Below are positions 63,431 through 64,000 of a stretch of DNA of 64,000 nt, piece by piece (position 1 is the stretch's first letter; the number at the start of each line of letters is the position of its first letter). Under the pieces are notes generated by a model. The model ran no database searches, was not told where the DNA came from, and saw only the letters and a list, made by a program, of their open reading frames with translations. Origin of the DNA: the human T2T-CHM13v2.0 reference genome, Homo sapiens; assembly GCF_009914755.1 (NCBI RefSeq), contig NC_060926.1. The stretch is one strand, 5' to 3'. Both the position numbers and the translations under genes were made by a program.

Positions 63431-64000
63431 TGGATATTTGTCTAGCTTTGAGGATTTCGTTGGAAACGGGATTACATATAAAAAGCAGACAGCAGCATTC
63501 CCAGTAACTTCTTTGTGATGTTTGCATTCAAGTCAGAGAGTTGAACATTCCCTTTCATAGAGCAGGTTTGAAACACTCTTTTTGAAGTATCTGGTTGTGG
63601 ACATTTGGAGCGCTTTCTGGCCTATGGTGAAAAAGGAAATATCTTCCCCTGAAAACTAGACAGAAGCATTCTCAGAAACTTATTTGTGATGTGCGCCCTC
63701 AACTAACAGTGTTGAACCTTTCTTTTGATAGAGCAGTTTTGAAACACTCTTTTTGTAATATCTGCAAGAGGATATTTGGATAGCTTTGAGGATTTCGTTG
63801 GAAACGGGATTGTCTTCATATAAACTCTAGACAGAAGCATTCTCAGAAGCTTCATTGGGATGTTTCAATTGAAGTCACAGTGTTGAACAGTCCCTTTCAT
63901 AGAGCAGGTTTGAAACACTCTTTTTGTAGTATCTGGAAGTGGACATTTGGAGCGCTCTCAGGACTACGATGATAAAGGAAATATCTTCCAATAAAAGCTA

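Larger units (their letters stand above)
1..64000 (+). repeat. Alpha satellite higher-order repeat array (centromeric, dimeric SF2-type), uninterrupted and in one orientation
   Basis: Tandem ~170-bp monomers with hallmark alphoid motifs (CATTCTCAGAAACTT, GAGCAGTTTTGAAACACTCTTTTTGT, ATCTGCAAGTGGATATTTG). CENP-B box TTTCGTTGGAAACGGGA occurs in every second monomer from 236 to the end of the window, and no non-alphoid sequence was seen. Confidence 0.99.
1..64000 (+). repeat. D2Z1: Probable human chromosome 2 live centromeric array D2Z1 (S2C2H1L), 4-monomer/680-bp HOR with structural variants
   Basis: Seen: four monomer types, a 680-bp base period (342+338) and one XbaI site (TCTAGA) per A monomer. 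Recalled knowledge: D2Z1 is an SF2 680-bp XbaI tetramer, and TCGTTGGAAACGGGATTGT and ATTGAAGTCACAGTGTTGAACAG are as I recall them from chr2 alphoid sequence. Not confirmed by search; related SF2 arrays (chr18, chr20) are not formally excluded. Confidence 0.85.

Noticed and set aside
1824-63527. Well over a hundred 60-94 aa ORFs in a few recurring families (MWNLQVDICL..., MQTSQ..., MLNSPFHRAG..., MEDISFF...)
   Set aside because: They are chance stop-free frames of the satellite, recurring at HOR periods on both strands. Many start at TTG/GTG, they open and close with single SNPs, and they show no recognisable domain or gene structure. I used them only as positional markers.
236-64000. CRISPR-like pattern: an invariant ~30-bp motif recurring at regular intervals
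   Set aside because: The motif is the CENP-B box region. The ~310-bp intervals are themselves repeats rather than unique spacers, and there is no leader or cas gene.
1-64000. Transposon insertion (L1/Alu), inversion or array edge
   Set aside because: The CENP-B box stays on the + strand at ~340-bp spacing throughout. I saw no poly-A tail, target-site duplication, non-alphoid sequence or divergent monomeric alpha satellite.
1-64000. Possibility that the irregular monomer order is a computationally generated centromere model (GRCh38-style) rather than real sequence
   Set aside because: Multi-kb blocks with phased rare variants recur at exact offsets up to 48 kb, which short-memory monomer-adjacency models would not be expected to produce. 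Local mis-assembly of individual duplications is still not excluded.

Overview
The whole 64 kb is one uninterrupted, single-orientation array of primate (almost certainly human) centromeric alpha satellite. It has ~170-bp monomers in a dimeric (SF2-type) arrangement, with a CENP-B box every 338 or 342 bp alternating with a pJalpha-type site. The base higher-order repeat (HOR) is a 680-bp tetramer with one XbaI site, best matching the live chromosome 2 array D2Z1 (S2C2H1L); that assignment is from recalled knowledge, not a search. I label the monomers A (GTCTTCATATAAACTCTAGA...), B (CCAATAAAAGCTA...), C (ACATATAAAAAGCAGA...) and D (CCCCTGAAAACTAGA...). I see no genes, RNA genes, transposon insertions or inversions, and all listed ORFs are satellite by-products. 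I do not find a new biological system. What deserves a second look is the repeat architecture. The plain ABCD tetramer is frequently replaced by hybrid-monomer variants (8-, 10- and 12-mers). These are nested in near-identical multi-kb duplications (periods 1702, 4417, 4760 and 5778 bp). A marker-defined central domain (~20-53 kb) is flanked by blocks that recur 43,844-47,928 bp apart, suggesting a ~44-48 kb super-repeat. All coordinates and mismatch counts were read by eye and need alignment to confirm.
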